In this document: piece by piece, positions 1 through 7,810 of the stretch
Layout of the letters: each line of letters starts with the position of its first letter
How positions within the stretch are numbered: the first letter of the stretch is position 1
Origin: Nitrospirota bacterium
Lineage (GTDB): Bacteria; Nitrospirota; Nitrospiria; JACQBW01
NCBI GenBank assembly: GCA_016201875.1
Contig: JACQBY010000134.1
Coordinates: 1-37,219 of the forward strand
Direction of reading: 5' to 3'
DNA: 37,219 nt
The notes under the pieces: generated by a model
The model's database searches: none
What the model was told of the DNA's origin: nothing
Seen by the model: only the letters and a program-made list of their open reading frames with translations
Program-made: the position numbers and the translations under genes

Positions 1-1061
1 AGATCGACCAGCATGACATGTTCCGCCCGTTCTTTGGGATCTGCCAGAAGTTTCTTTTCAAGCATCCGGTCTTCTTCTTCGGTCGCCCCCCTTTTATAGG
101 TCCCCGCGATGGGGCGGGTCTGGACTTTTCCGCCGACCGACCGGACCAGCAGTTCCGGAGAAGAGCCTGCGATCTTTAAATCTTTTAACTTCAGATAAAA
201 CATATAAGGGGAAGGATTGACCTGCCTTAACGAACGGTATAGATCAAACGGATCAACCGAAAGAGTCTTTGAAATTCTCTGGGAAATCTGAACCTGGAAA
301 ATATCCCCGGTCTTGATAAATCCTTTGGCGGCCTGGACACTCTTTAAGAATTCTTCTTTGGGGGTTTCGTAAACCAGTTTTGCGGACAAACCGCGAAGTG
401 CGGAAGACTCTTTTTTTCGAGTTTTTTTGATCTTCAGAGGTTTTTGCATGAGCTGAATAATCTGATCGATCTTTTTGACCGCCCGGTCGTATGCTTTTTT
501 GGGGGCGGACAACCCGTTCCGCACTCCGTTTGATTCAACCCGGGCATTTGAAATCACCTTGATCCGGTGATTGATATGGTCAAAGACCAAAAGGGTGTCG
601 GTGATCAGAAAAAAAAGGTCGGGGACTTTAAGCGGATCGGGAAGCCGGTCGGGGACTTTTTCCATAAAACGGACGGCGTCGTAGCTCATATATCCCACCG
701 CCCCTCCATGGAACGGGGGTATTCCTTCGGTCACCGCCGGCTTAAAAGAGGCCATGATCTCCTGCAATTTCTTAAGGGGATCGGAGACATTCCGGAGAAC
801 CTCTTTTTTCCCTTCGCGGATGAGGGTCACGGTCTTTCCCTTGCTCTGGAAGACCAGAAGAGGGCGGCTCCCCATAAAGGAGTAGCGGCCGATCTTTTCT
901 CCCTGTTCAACGCTTTCGAGAAGATAGGAGTAATCTCCCTGGTCGATTTTTAAAAAAGCGGTGACCGGGGTTTCAAAATCGGCGAGGATCTCTCTGTAAA
1001 CGGGGATTAAATTCCCCTCTTTTGCTTTTTGCTCGAATTCTTTAAAAGCGGGATAATACAC
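1..1061 (-). CDS. trpE: Anthranilate synthase component I, 3'-truncated by window edge (not in ORF track)
   Basis: Manual translation from GTG at 1061: YYPAFKEF..NLIPVYREILADFETPVTAFLKI..YLLESVEQGEKIGRYSF..GDIFQVQISQR..NPSPYMF..GSSPELLV..TRPIAGT..KERAEHVMLVDL; frame open to position 1. Confidence 0.93.
   Translation of the reverse strand, partial: MYYPAFKEFEQKAKEGNLIPVYREILADFETPVTAFLKIDQGDYSYLLESVEQGEKIGRYSFMGSRPLLVFQSKGKTVTLIREGKKEVLRNVSDPLKKLQEIMASFKPAVTEGIPPFHGGAVGYMSYDAVRFMEKVPDRLPDPLKVPDLFFLITDTLLVFDHINHRIKVISNARVESNGVRNGLSAPKKAYDRAVKKIDQIIQLMQKPLKIKKTRKKESSALRGLSAKLVYETPKEEFLKSVQAAKGFIKTGDIFQVQISQRISKTLSVDPFDLYRSLRQVNPSPYMFYLKLKDLKIAGSSPELLVRSVGGKVQTRPIAGTYKRGATEEEDRMLEKKLLADPKERAEHVMLVD
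382..405. repeat. Family A palindromic repeat (S+L' modules) inside trpE, read as SALRGLSA
   Basis: gcggacaaaccg-cgaagtgcggaa. Confidence 0.9.
505..528. repeat. Family A repeat (S+L) inside trpE, read as GVRNGLSA
   Basis: gcggacaacccg-ttccgcactccg. Confidence 0.9.
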
Positions 1062-1070
1062 AATAATCTA

Positions 1071-1146
1071 TTTATATTCAGGGGCCTTCGTAAACTGCAC
1101 TCAATGCCCCCGAACCCCATGCTCGGCCAGGCAAAGCCTGATCCTC
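1071..1146. repeat. Family B structured repeat immediately upstream of trpE
   Basis: 75/76 identical to 28251-28326; related to 7945-8028 and to the ends of 6087-6244. Confidence 0.92.
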
Positions 1147-1223
1147 TGATTTAAAATGGTCATGAAATCAATGAAATATCATAACAGATTTATTTTTTAA
1201 ATGGAATAGACGTTTGGGGGAGA

Positions 1224-2696
1224 TCAAGAGGAAAATCGCAAATACCAGGAGGGGCTTTGAAAGACAAGCGTTCCTTCCGGTTTTTGGATCGCTTGCGCGG
1301 AACGGGTTGTCCGCGACAGAGTCATCCGGTAATCGACGGTAATGGCAGCTCCTTCCCGTTTGATTTGCTGAAACTCCATGTTGATTTCGCGGGAATCGCG
1401 GAACATCTCCTGGAATCTCTCCCTCGCGGACAAACCGTTCCGCACTTCGCCGGGAGGAGACAACCGGATCTCTTTTTCTATGGCGCCAAGGTCCTTTTGT
1501 TCGACGTTTCTTTTAAACTCCATGAGAAACGCTTCCAATTCATGGTCATCAAGTATTAGCGGAGGTCCGACCTGGGGAGGAGAGTGAGCCTCTTTTTCTT
1601 TTTTCAAAAATACAATTTCAATTGGCAGACAACCCGTTCTGCACTTCGGCGGAACATCGGTATTTATCAGAGCTGACGGTTCATGCGAAGTGCGGAGCGG
1701 GTTGTCCGCAACCTCTTGAATGACCGGCTGTTTATGAGATTGAACCCTTTCTATGCGAGGGGGATCAAATATTTTTCCGATCAAAAATAAAACAACCATA
1801 AAGGCCAGGCCGAAAGCCAGGATCATCCTCCTTTCACCAGACAAAGTGCGTCCGCACGGTTTGTCCGCTCGAACTTGATCCAGTAAGGTTTGGACATCAG
1901 GGAAACGGCGCGACGGCTCCTTTTCAACTAATTTTCGGATGACCGATTGAAAGTACGGAGGGATTTCAGGAGGAAAGGTTAATGAAAACGGATGCGTCTC
2001 GTAAACGATCTTCCCCCAGACTACGGCTTTTCCCATCCCATTAAAAAAACTCTTCCCGTGGATAAGGGTATAAAAAATCATTCCGAGCGAATATAAATCA
2101 CTCCTCCCGTCCGGCGGTTCCCCCCTGACCTGTTCCGGGGAGATATACTCGAGCGTTCCGAGCGGACCGGTCAGAGGAGCGGTGATTTGAAGGTCTCCTT
2201 GAATGGAGGCAATCCCAAAATCAGAGAGATAAGGCTTGCCGGCATGAGAGATCAAAATGTTTTCAGGTTTTAAATCAAGATGGAAAATATTTTTTTGATG
2301 GAGATACGCCAGAGCGGAGGAGATCTCCAGAAAAAGAGAGAGAAACCGTTCAAAAGAGGAGGGACCATTTGCAATGAGCCACTCTTTTAAATTCACCCCT
2401 TCGATATAGTCCATGACAATGGCGGACAAACCGTTCCGCACTTCGCCATACCCATCAATCCCCCGGGACGAAATCGGTTGGAAAGCGATAAACGAAACGA
2501 TATGGGGGTGCTTTAAAAGGGATAGGCTGAGCGCTTCTTTTTGAATCAGTTTTTGATAGCGGGGGTCCGCCGCAAGCTGAGGATGGAGTTTTTTGACGGC
2601 GAGCCAGCGGTTGGCGCCGGGGGACCAGGCTTTGTAGACAATCCCCATGCCGCCCCTGCCGATTTCTTCGAATTGTTCGAGTGGCCCGAAATCCAT
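1224..2696 (-). CDS. Membrane-anchored Hanks-type Ser/Thr protein kinase (non-RD), carrying six family A inserts
   Basis: IGRGGMGIVY, AVK, HLDLKPEN, DFG, GTLEYISPEQ, SDLYSLG motifs; TM segment MILAFGLAFMVVLFLIG. Confidence 0.93.
   Translation of the reverse strand: MDFGPLEQFEEIGRGGMGIVYKAWSPGANRWLAVKKLHPQLAADPRYQKLIQKEALSLSLLKHPHIVSFIAFQPISSRGIDGYGEVRNGLSAIVMDYIEGVNLKEWLIANGPSSFERFLSLFLEISSALAYLHQKNIFHLDLKPENILISHAGKPYLSDFGIASIQGDLQITAPLTGPLGTLEYISPEQVRGEPPDGRSDLYSLGMIFYTLIHGKSFFNGMGKAVVWGKIVYETHPFSLTFPPEIPPYFQSVIRKLVEKEPSRRFPDVQTLLDQVRADKPCGRTLSGERRMILAFGLAFMVVLFLIGKIFDPPRIERVQSHKQPVIQEVADNPLRTSHEPSALINTDVPPKCRTGCLPIEIVFLKKEKEAHSPPQVGPPLILDDHELEAFLMEFKRNVEQKDLGAIEKEIRLSPPGEVRNGLSARERFQEMFRDSREINMEFQQIKREGAAITVDYRMTLSRTTRSAQAIQKPEGTLVFQSPSWYLRFSS
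1285..1314. repeat. Family A repeat variant inside kinase (RTTRSAQAI)
   Basis: tggatcgcttgcgcggaa-cgggttgtccgc; 1283-1306 is the exact reverse complement of 3491-3514. Confidence 0.85.
1426..1449. repeat. Family A repeat (S+L) inside kinase (EVRNGLSA)
   Basis: gcggacaaaccg-ttccgcacttcg. Confidence 0.93.
1625..1648. repeat. Family A repeat (S+L variant) inside kinase (KCRTGCL)
   Basis: gcagacaacccg-ttctgcacttcg, identical to 5233-5256. Confidence 0.9.
1686..1709. repeat. Family A repeat (L'+S') inside kinase (ADNPLRTS)
   Basis: cgaagtgcggag-cgggttgtccgc, inverted relative to 1625-1648. Confidence 0.88.
1844..1868. repeat. Degenerate family A repeat inside kinase (ADKPCGRT)
   Basis: aagtgcgtccgca-cggtttgtccgc (intact S' module). 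Confidence 0.75.
2422..2445. repeat. Family A repeat (S+L) inside the kinase catalytic domain (EVRNGLSA)
   Basis: gcggacaaaccg-ttccgcacttcg, identical to 1426-1449. Confidence 0.93.
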
Positions 2697-2705
2697 CCGG
2701 TTCCG

Positions 2706-3590
2706 TTAAAAGAGCTGTAAAAAGCGTAAAATCAACGGTTCAAAAATCAATATAAAGACGGCAGGGAAAATACACCCTAAAAGGGGGATCAGCATTTTAA
2801 CCGGCATCTGGTAGGCCCGTTTTTCGGCCAGCTGGAACCTTTTGGTTTTGATTTCCTCCGAGAGCTGGCGAAGCGCCGCCGAGAGGGGGCTTCCGATCTG
2901 ATCGGTTTGAATAAAAACCAGAATCAGCGAATGGACTTCCGGAAGGTTGATCCGGTTTGAGAACTCCCGCCAGGCGTCTGACCGGCTTTTCCCCATCCGG
3001 ACCTGCCGGACCATCGTCTCCAGTTCTTCTTTGAGAGGGCCCGGTTTAGAATTTTCCATGACTCTGGCCAATACCGTTAAATAATCGAGCCCCGCTTCAA
3101 CTCCTAACGTCATCAAATCGAGATAATAAGAGAGGTCCTTCACCATATTTTTTTGTCTCGCCTCGACGGCGCTCAACAAGAAAAGGAGGGGAAAAACCAG
3201 ACCGATGATAAAAAAGAGACTCAAAAGGAGAAGCATGAAACTAAAGACGGGCCATCGGTTTTTAAAAAAAAGGATTCCGGCCAGCGCCAGTATTATCGCC
3301 GCACCGCCGGATAAGAGCTGGAGGGAGATAAATCTCCCAGGGGCCATCGTCCAGCGGGCGGTAATCATTTTCTGTTGAAGATAAGCGAGGTAAGGTGACA
3401 ATCGAACGCGGACAAACCGCGAAGTGTAGAACGGTTTGTCCGCCGAAGTGCGGACGCGGACAACCCGTTCCGCACTTCGCGGTTTGTCCGCCCGTTCCGC
3501 GCAAGCGATCCAAAGGCCGGAAGGTCGGAACAAATGATGAGCCGCCCAGGCGGCCGAAATGAAAACTAAAAGATTGATGAAGAGAGTCAA
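2706..3590 (-). CDS. tadC: Tad pilus inner-membrane platform protein TadC (T2SSF family)
   Basis: LDLMTLGVEAGL..GPLKEEL..RMGKSRSDA..QTDQIGSPLSAALR..KRFQLAEKRAYQMPVKMLIPL..IFP pattern. Confidence 0.88.
   Translation of the reverse strand: MTLFINLLVFISAAWAAHHLFRPSGLWIACAERADKPRSAERVVRVRTSADKPFYTSRFVRVRLSPYLAYLQQKMITARWTMAPGRFISLQLLSGGAAIILALAGILFFKNRWPVFSFMLLLLSLFFIIGLVFPLLFLLSAVEARQKNMVKDLSYYLDLMTLGVEAGLDYLTVLARVMENSKPGPLKEELETMVRQVRMGKSRSDAWREFSNRINLPEVHSLILVFIQTDQIGSPLSAALRQLSEEIKTKRFQLAEKRAYQMPVKMLIPLLGCIFPAVFILIFEPLILRFLQLF
3408..3514. repeat. Compound family A array inside tadC: two inverted 36-bp palindromes, a 12-bp linker and a tail
   Basis: 3408-3443 gcggacaaaccg-cgaagtgtagaa-cggtttgtccgc; 3444-3455 cgaagtgcggac; 3456-3491 gcggacaacccg-ttccgcacttcg-cggtttgtccgc. 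Confidence 0.93.
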
Positions 3591-3648
3591 GAGTTAATCC
3601 TCGCCGCCCCGTTCCCTGACCGGTCGCCGGGTGCGCTCCTCGACCCCA

Positions 3649-4323
3649 TCACTGCGTCACCTCGAAAATCATTGGAGCCTCAGCCTCATCTCCGTTCGGA
3701 TTGCGGATCACCACAGCATAGCTCTCTTTCAAAGGCGCCGGCCGGGCCGGAACCGTCCCAAAGTTGTATTTGGCAGTATTGTTGGCTCCTGATTTATAAG
3801 GAGATAACGTATATTGAGCCGCCGAAGTCGTACTCTTTAACACCATCACCGCGTTCTTATCAAAATTCGTACCGTAAGCCTGAATCGTTGCCCCCCCGGG
3901 GCCGTTCGCCGGAGTAAATGAACTGACGGTCATCGTGATCTTGAAAACCGCCGAAGCAACCGCCTCATCTCCATTCTGATTACGGATCACAACAGCATAG
4001 TTTCCCTTTAACGGCGCCGGTTGCACAGGCACCGTCCCCATGTTGAAAATGGGGGTATTGTAGGTCCCTGAATTATAAGGAAATAACGTATATTGAGCCG
4101 CCGAAGTCGTGCTCCTCAACACCATCACAGCCGTCGAATCAAAATTCGCGCCATTAGCCTGAAAAGTTGTCCCCCCCGGGCCGCCCGCCGGGGTGAATGA
4201 ACTGATGGTTGGAGTTGCGGCCTCTGCTTTGCCAAAAGGAAACAGAGTTAAAAAAACAATCCCGGTGAAAATCAGAAAGAAATTAAACTGTTTTGCCTGT
4301 TTGGCTTCCATCTCTATCTCCAA
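3649..4323 (-). CDS. Secreted protein with two tandem IPT/TIG-like Ig repeats
   Basis: Signal peptide ending AEA; two ~85-aa repeats (SSFTPAxGPGGxTxQAxGxNFD...YAVVIRNxNGDEA). Confidence 0.75.
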   Translation of the reverse strand: MEIEMEAKQAKQFNFFLIFTGIVFLTLFPFGKAEAATPTISSFTPAGGPGGTTFQANGANFDSTAVMVLRSTTSAAQYTLFPYNSGTYNTPIFNMGTVPVQPAPLKGNYAVVIRNQNGDEAVASAVFKITMTVSSFTPANGPGGATIQAYGTNFDKNAVMVLKSTTSAAQYTLSPYKSGANNTAKYNFGTVPARPAPLKESYAVVIRNPNGDEAEAPMIFEVTQ

Positions 4324-4349
4324 AATTTCCGGATGAATATCGCCGGGAA

Positions 4350-5300
4350 TTAAACCTCGCCGCTCTCCACGATTTTTTTAATCAGCCAGAAGCCGGAAAT
4401 CTCCAGCAAAAAAATCGCCAGCAACCCCGCTCCGCCGGCGGGGGTCGTCCAGAAAGGGGTCATTAAAGCCGGGTCGATTAAAAAAAGGATTGCGCCAAGA
4501 ATTAACGGAAGAATTCCGACGACCAACCCCTGCATCTTCCCCTGAGCCGTTAAAGCATTGATCTTCCCCTTGAGACGGGTTCTCTCTTCGATCGTCTCCT
4601 CCAGACGTTCAAGGACCGGGGTCAACGATCCCCCTGCATCGTTGGATAAAATCATCGCAGAGACCATCAGGCTCAGGTCTTCTAACCCGAGCCGGTGATC
4701 GAGATATTTAAGGCTCTCTTCAAAACTCTCCCCCATTTTTATCTTTTTTAAAACAAGACCGAGTTCATGGGAAATCGGAGGCGGAATTTCTCTCACCGCC
4801 TGCTTGATCGCCTCTGAAAGGCTCAACCCCGCACGAAGAGATCCGGACATCATCTTGAGAAGGTCGGGAATCTGCCGTTCGATCTTCTCAAGCCTTTTCC
4901 GGGAGAAAAACCGGATCGCTAATTTTGGAAGATGATAGCCTGCCGCGCCAAAGAGGAGAACCGCCAGAACGAACCCGCTCCAGGAGTCATCCATTCCGAC
5001 AACCGATCCGATGAGAATAAAAATACAAGTTGAAAGGAGATGAATCATTCCGGCCTGACGGGGGGTCAAAAAGAGGAATTGTTCGTCGAGCGAAGAGAGG
5101 GTTTCCCTGATGACTTTTGCCCTGTACCGGCGGTAACCCGGAAGGAGGCTGTTTCCTATCGAATAGATTCCGATTGAAACCCCGGAGAAAACCGCCAGAG
5201 AAATGGCGGCGGACAACCCGTTCCGCACTTCGGCAGACAACCCGTTCTGCACTTCGTTGGGAACAATGCCATAAAGGATGAAGTCAGCGAAGAGCGTCAT
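4350..5300 (-). CDS. tadB: Tad pilus inner-membrane platform protein TadB (T2SSF family)
   Basis: QIPDLLKMMSGSLRAGLSL..PISHEL..GGSLTPVLERLEETIEER..KINALTAQGKMQG..LP pattern. Confidence 0.88.
   Translation of the reverse strand: MTLFADFILYGIVPNEVQNGLSAEVRNGLSAAISLAVFSGVSIGIYSIGNSLLPGYRRYRAKVIRETLSSLDEQFLFLTPRQAGMIHLLSTCIFILIGSVVGMDDSWSGFVLAVLLFGAAGYHLPKLAIRFFSRKRLEKIERQIPDLLKMMSGSLRAGLSLSEAIKQAVREIPPPISHELGLVLKKIKMGESFEESLKYLDHRLGLEDLSLMVSAMILSNDAGGSLTPVLERLEETIEERTRLKGKINALTAQGKMQGLVVGILPLILGAILFLIDPALMTPFWTTPAGGAGLLAIFLLEISGFWLIKKIVESGEV
5209..5256. repeat. Tandem pair of 24-bp family A units inside tadB (EVQNGLSA-EVRNGLSA)
   Basis: gcggacaacccgttccgcacttcg + gcagacaacccgttctgcacttcg. Confidence 0.93.
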
Positions 5301-5638
5301 TTAGCCGTAGAGGTTTTTTTCTTTTTCTTTTTGGTATCGGTTTTTTTTGTGGTTGTTTTTTTAGGGGCCGGTTTTTTCTTAAGGGTCTCGATCTCTTTTT
5401 TCAGAGATTTATTTTCCTCTTCGAGCGCCGTCATTTTTTGCTTCGCCTGCTCGCTTTCTTTTCTTAACAGCTCCAGATCAGTCTGCACCCCTTTGTTCTC
5501 TTCCGACATCTTTTCAAATTGCTGTTTCAGCTTTACATTTTCTTCTTTTAATTTTTTTGCTTCACATCCCGACAACATCGGGATCAATACCAATAAAAAT
5601 AAAACACCCAACAGTGGTTTAAATGATTTAAATCTCAT
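5297..5638 (-). CDS. Small lipoprotein with coiled coil and Lys-rich tail
   Basis: Lipobox LSGC after hydrophobic stretch; heptad-like E/K/L region; 4-bp overlap with tadB start. Confidence 0.75.
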   Translation of the reverse strand: MRFKSFKPLLGVLFLLVLIPMLSGCEAKKLKEENVKLKQQFEKMSEENKGVQTDLELLRKESEQAKQKMTALEEENKSLKKEIETLKKKPAPKKTTTKKTDTKKKKKKTSTAK

Positions 5639-5714
5639 CCTCAGTCCTTTCTTGGAATTTAATCAAAGTTTTTTAGATTTTTGCATAAAACCAAACTTTT
5701 ATCAATACATCCTC

Positions 5715-5750
5715 AAAAAAAAAGCACGGTATCTCTACCGTGCTTTTTTT
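5715..5750 (-). terminator. Intrinsic terminator (bidirectional architecture) after the 75-aa gene
   Basis: aaaaaaagcacggta-tctc-taccgtgcttttttt perfect stem with A/T tracts on both sides. Confidence 0.85.
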
Positions 5751-5813
5751 GCTGTAACTGTCTTCGCCGGATAACCGGGGGTCTTAATGGCCATTTTATG
5801 GCCACCAGAAAAA

Positions 5814-6041
5814 CTATTTCGCTTCTTCTTTCTTTTCTTCTTTCTTCATTTCTTTTTTGGCTTTCTTTGCTTTTTTGGCTTTTTTGGCTTTTTTCTCAGC
5901 TTTAGGAGCTTCTTTTGAAGCCTCCGCAGGAGCAGCCGGAGCCGCAGGAGCCGCAGGAGCCGCCGCGTCAGCCGCGAAGGTCACTGTTCCGAACGCAACA
6001 ACCATCATTAACGCAACAACTAAGGAATAGATTTTTTTCAT
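5814..6041 (-). CDS. Small exported low-complexity Ala/Pro/Lys-rich protein (acid-shock/histone-like composition)
   Basis: Signal peptide ..TVTFA; APA and AKK repeats; SD-like GGGGGTGA upstream. Confidence 0.8.
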   Translation of the reverse strand: MKKIYSLVVALMMVVAFGTVTFAADAAAPAAPAAPAAPAEASKEAPKAEKKAKKAKKAKKAKKEMKKEEKKEEAK

Positions 6042-6086
6042 TCTGTTTCACCCCCCCTCTTTTTATAATTTTAAGCCCGGATCATT

Positions 6087-6244
6087 TATTCAGGGGCCCT
6101 TCCGGTTTCACTTCGTGAAATCCTCAGATGTTCCGGCCACCTCACCGTCTCGGTGGCGTTCGTAGCTTGGTGTCACTTCCTCGTGACACCACTCACCCCG
6201 GAACCCCTCGCTCGAACTGGCAAAGCCATATCCTCGCTCTATAG
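6087..6244. repeat. Composite repeat: family B ends enclosing the 68-bp module D (6132-6199)
   Basis: Left end tattcaggggcc and right end gaacccctcgctcgaactggcaaagccatatcctcgctctat match 7945-8028; the internal module is 61/68 identical to 15110-15177. Confidence 0.88.
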
Positions 6245-6270
6245 AACCGCGCAAATTTATCCATGATATA

Positions 6271-6338
6271 TGCAAAAAAAGAACCCTATTTTTTAAATTA
6301 AGAAAAAATATTAATTGCTTAATTTTATCAATTAGTTA
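6271..6338 (-). promoter_or_regulatory. Candidate sigma-54 -24/-12 element (6271-6287) plus IHF-consensus site (6326-6338)
   Basis: Minus strand GG-ttcttttttt-GCA (GG-N10-GC, weak -24); tatcaattagtta fits WATCAANNNNTTR; adjacent to an NtrC-family gene. Confidence 0.4.
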
Positions 6339-6439
6339 AGAAATATTTACGTTAATTTTTTGATTGGCATAGAGTCGTGGATGTCTGTAATGAGGATATC
6401 AATACCTCAAAAAAGGCATTCACAAATCATTAAAAATTT

Positions 6440-7810
6440 TTAAGTCATCTTTTTGAGGTCGAATTTATCGAGACGGTATTGGAGGGTTTTATAAGAGAGG
6501 CCGAGCATTTTAGCCGCTTTGGCAATGACCCAGTCGCTTTTTTCCATCGCTTTTATCAGGAGTTGTTTTTCAAACTCTTCCATCGAGAAACCTTCGGGGG
6601 GAAGGTCAAAATCAATGCCGCTTAACGGAAGAGAGGGTTTTCTGATTTCGAGCGGGAGGTCTTCAATCTCTATGACGTCCGATTCACATAAGAGGACCGT
6701 CCGTTCCATCACCCCCTCCAGCTGTCGGACATTACCAGGCCAGGAATAATTCAATAACGTCTGGAAAGCCTCTTTAGAAATGCTTTTGATCTGTTTCTCT
6801 GCCTGTTGATTGAATTTTTTAAGAAAGTGCGAGATCAGATCCGGAATATCGGAGCCTCGCTCCCTTAAAGGAGGCAACTGGATTGAAATGATATTGAGCC
6901 GGTAAAAGAGATCCTCTCTGAAATTCCCTTTTTTGATCTCCCGGGGAAGGTTCTTATTGGTCGCCGCAATCACTCTGACATCGATTTTAATGTCCTCTTT
7001 TCCCCCGATCCGCCTGATCTCTTTTTCCTGCAATGCCCGGAGAAGCTTGGCCTGAATTGGCTTGCTCAGATCCCCTATTTCATCGAGTAAAAGGGTCCCT
7101 TTATCGGCGGCTTCAAAAAGGCCTGTTTCCATTCCGGTCGCCCCTGTGTAAGAACCTTTTTCATGCCCGAACAACTCATTTTCTATCAGGCTTTCGGGAA
7201 TCGCCGCGCAGTTAATGGCCCTGAAGGGATAATCTTTCCGCTGGCTGTTAAAATGAATCGCTCTCGCGATCAATTCTTTTCCGGTTCCGCTTTCTCCATA
7301 AATCAAAATCGTGCTGGCGCTGTTGGCGATTTTTTGAACAATCTTGAAAATCTCCTGCATGACCGGGTGCTTCCCGATAATATTCTGGAGATTGAATTTT
7401 TCTCCCAGCTGTTGTCTCAGGTTTTTGTTTTCTCTCAAGAGGTCTAACCGTTCAAACGCCCGCTGAATTGAAATGAGGAGTTCCTCCCGGTCAAGCGGTT
7501 TGGTCAGGTAGTCAAACACACCCTTTTTCATCGCCTCGACGGCCGAATCAATGGTTCCGTGCGCCGTCATCATGATCACGCAGGCATTGGGGTTTACCTT
7601 GAATAGGGCGTCTACGCCGCTCAGATCGACTGTATCGGGGAGCTTTAAATCGCTCAGGACCAGATCGACGGAATTGTTTTTTAAGATTTTGACCCCCTGA
7701 AGGCTGGTGGAGGCGGTTTCGACTTTATATCCGGCATCTTCGAGAATGATTTTCAGGATATCCCGCTGGTGTTTTTCGTCATCGATCACTAAAATCGTTT
7801 TAGGTTTCAT
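6440..7810 (-). CDS. Sigma-54-dependent response regulator (NtrC/AtoC/ZraR family: REC-AAA+-Fis HTH)
   Basis: VIDDE/DLKLP receiver; GESGTGKE; ELFGHEKGSYTGA (GAFTGA variant); LLDEIG; FREDLFYRLN; WPGNVRQL; AAKMLGLSYKTLQYR. Confidence 0.95.
   Translation of the reverse strand: MKPKTILVIDDEKHQRDILKIILEDAGYKVETASTSLQGVKILKNNSVDLVLSDLKLPDTVDLSGVDALFKVNPNACVIMMTAHGTIDSAVEAMKKGVFDYLTKPLDREELLISIQRAFERLDLLRENKNLRQQLGEKFNLQNIIGKHPVMQEIFKIVQKIANSASTILIYGESGTGKELIARAIHFNSQRKDYPFRAINCAAIPESLIENELFGHEKGSYTGATGMETGLFEAADKGTLLLDEIGDLSKPIQAKLLRALQEKEIRRIGGKEDIKIDVRVIAATNKNLPREIKKGNFREDLFYRLNIISIQLPPLRERGSDIPDLISHFLKKFNQQAEKQIKSISKEAFQTLLNYSWPGNVRQLEGVMERTVLLCESDVIEIEDLPLEIRKPSLPLSGIDFDLPPEGFSMEEFEKQLLIKAMEKSDWVIAKAAKMLGLSYKTLQYRLDKFDLKKMT

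Noticed and set aside
1062-1223. Trp attenuator or T-box upstream of trpE
   Set aside because: I saw no Trp-codon leader peptide or T-box motif; the structured sequence there is the family B repeat also found at 28251.
3408-3514. 36-bp palindromic units as a CRISPR array
   Set aside because: Units are inverted or abutting with no unique spacers, are dispersed inside genes, and no cas genes are present.
5759-5770. 12-bp tgtcttcgccgg shared with 27408-27419
   Set aside because: The match does not extend convincingly; it is too short to call a repeat family or regulatory site.
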